64,000 nucleotides of DNA from assembly GCF_035594765.1 (NCBI RefSeq), contig NC_085841.1, positions 77,051,574 to 77,115,573 of the forward strand, in the 5' to 3' direction. The DNA is from Anolis carolinensis (lineage: Eukaryota). The translations under genes and the position numbers were made by a program. Below are positions 63,293-64,000 of the stretch, piece after piece. Every line of letters begins with the position of its first letter. The stretch's first letter is position 1. The notes beneath the pieces are model-generated. The model worked only from the letters and a program-made list of their open reading frames with translations, made no database searches and had not been told where the DNA came from.

Positions 63293-63656
63293 CGCTGGTA
63301 TAGCTGAGTATAGCTAGGAATGTCAGCCATGTTTTCTACTTTAGAGTATATTGGATGATGGTTTAAATTAAGTTGGTGGCTACAAAGTGCAGAATCCTAA
63401 ACTAATCATCCAAGGGAACCAGGAAGGAGAAAACTTTCCAGCTGTTCCACTAGTGTATCCCATAGCTCTTCACAATTAATGCTGGTGGGCTAGGAAGCCC
63501 TCTGGAGTTCCTTTTCACTTACTTGGTATAGAACATTTGAGTTGCCACCAAGTTCCATGGATTTGCTACTAAAGATACAAATTGGTGGTTAAGGGGGAGA
63601 ACTAAAACCAAGCCTTGCTCTTATATTGTTCAGTTGTTCAGGATGATGTTTCTCAT

Positions 63657-64000
63657 AGGGTCTGGAGAACAACCCTATGAGGAGCGGCTTAAAGAACTAG
63701 GCATGTTTAGCCTGCAGAAGAGAAGGCTGAGAGGAGACATGATAGCCATGTACAAATACGTGAAGGGAGGAGGGAGCAAACTTGTTTTCTGCTGCCCTGC
63801 AGACTAGGATGCGGAACAATGGCTTCAAACTTCAGGAAAGGAGATTCCACCTGAACATTAGGAAGAACTTCCTGACTGTAAGAGCTGTTTGGCAGTGGAA
63901 CTCTCTGCCCCGGACTGTGGTGGAGGCTCCTTCTTTGGAGGCTTTTAAGCAGAGGCTGGATGGCCATCTGTCGGGAGTGCTTTGAATGCGATTTCCTGCT
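63657..64000 (+). mobile_element. CR1 LINE 3' fragment
   Basis: [16 protein letters not shown]...FKLQERRFHLNIRKNFLTVRAVWQWNSLPRTVVEAPSLEAFKQRLDGHLS. Confidence 0.9.

Overview
Vertebrate genomic DNA, not microbial. It is squamate and probably Anolis lizard, judged from Sauria SINEs, CR1, Penelope, Helitron and Tc1/mariner MITE content. The window holds the conserved GINM1-PPIL4-ZC3H12D gene block. GINM1 (- strand) has coding exons 1-7 at 21021..1634; its last exon was not found and probably lies left of the window. PPIL4 (+ strand) is complete: 13 coding exons, join(26338..26407,28322..28389,35014..35078,36458..36575,38908..39050,40220..40316,41836..41952,42650..42774,43500..43566,45689..45800,47893..47989,49035..49170,51197..51418), 478 aa, cyclophilin + RRM + RS/K-rich tail. 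The first coding exon of ZC3H12D (+ strand) is at 60314..60618. Notable points: a U12-type intron in PPIL4; two GC-AG donors; five non-autonomous Helitrons, including a head-to-tail CTAG|TC pair with captured TE cargo and one ending 35 bp before the ZC3H12D ATG; a ~190-bp inverted copy of one SINE locus, with its unique flank, pasted into another SINE ~12.7 kb away; a fold-back mariner element built from two transposase 3' ends; and deep TE nesting between the divergent GINM1/PPIL4 promoters. No CRISPR array or new protein-coding system is supported. Gene and TE family assignments rest on recognition from memory, not database searches.
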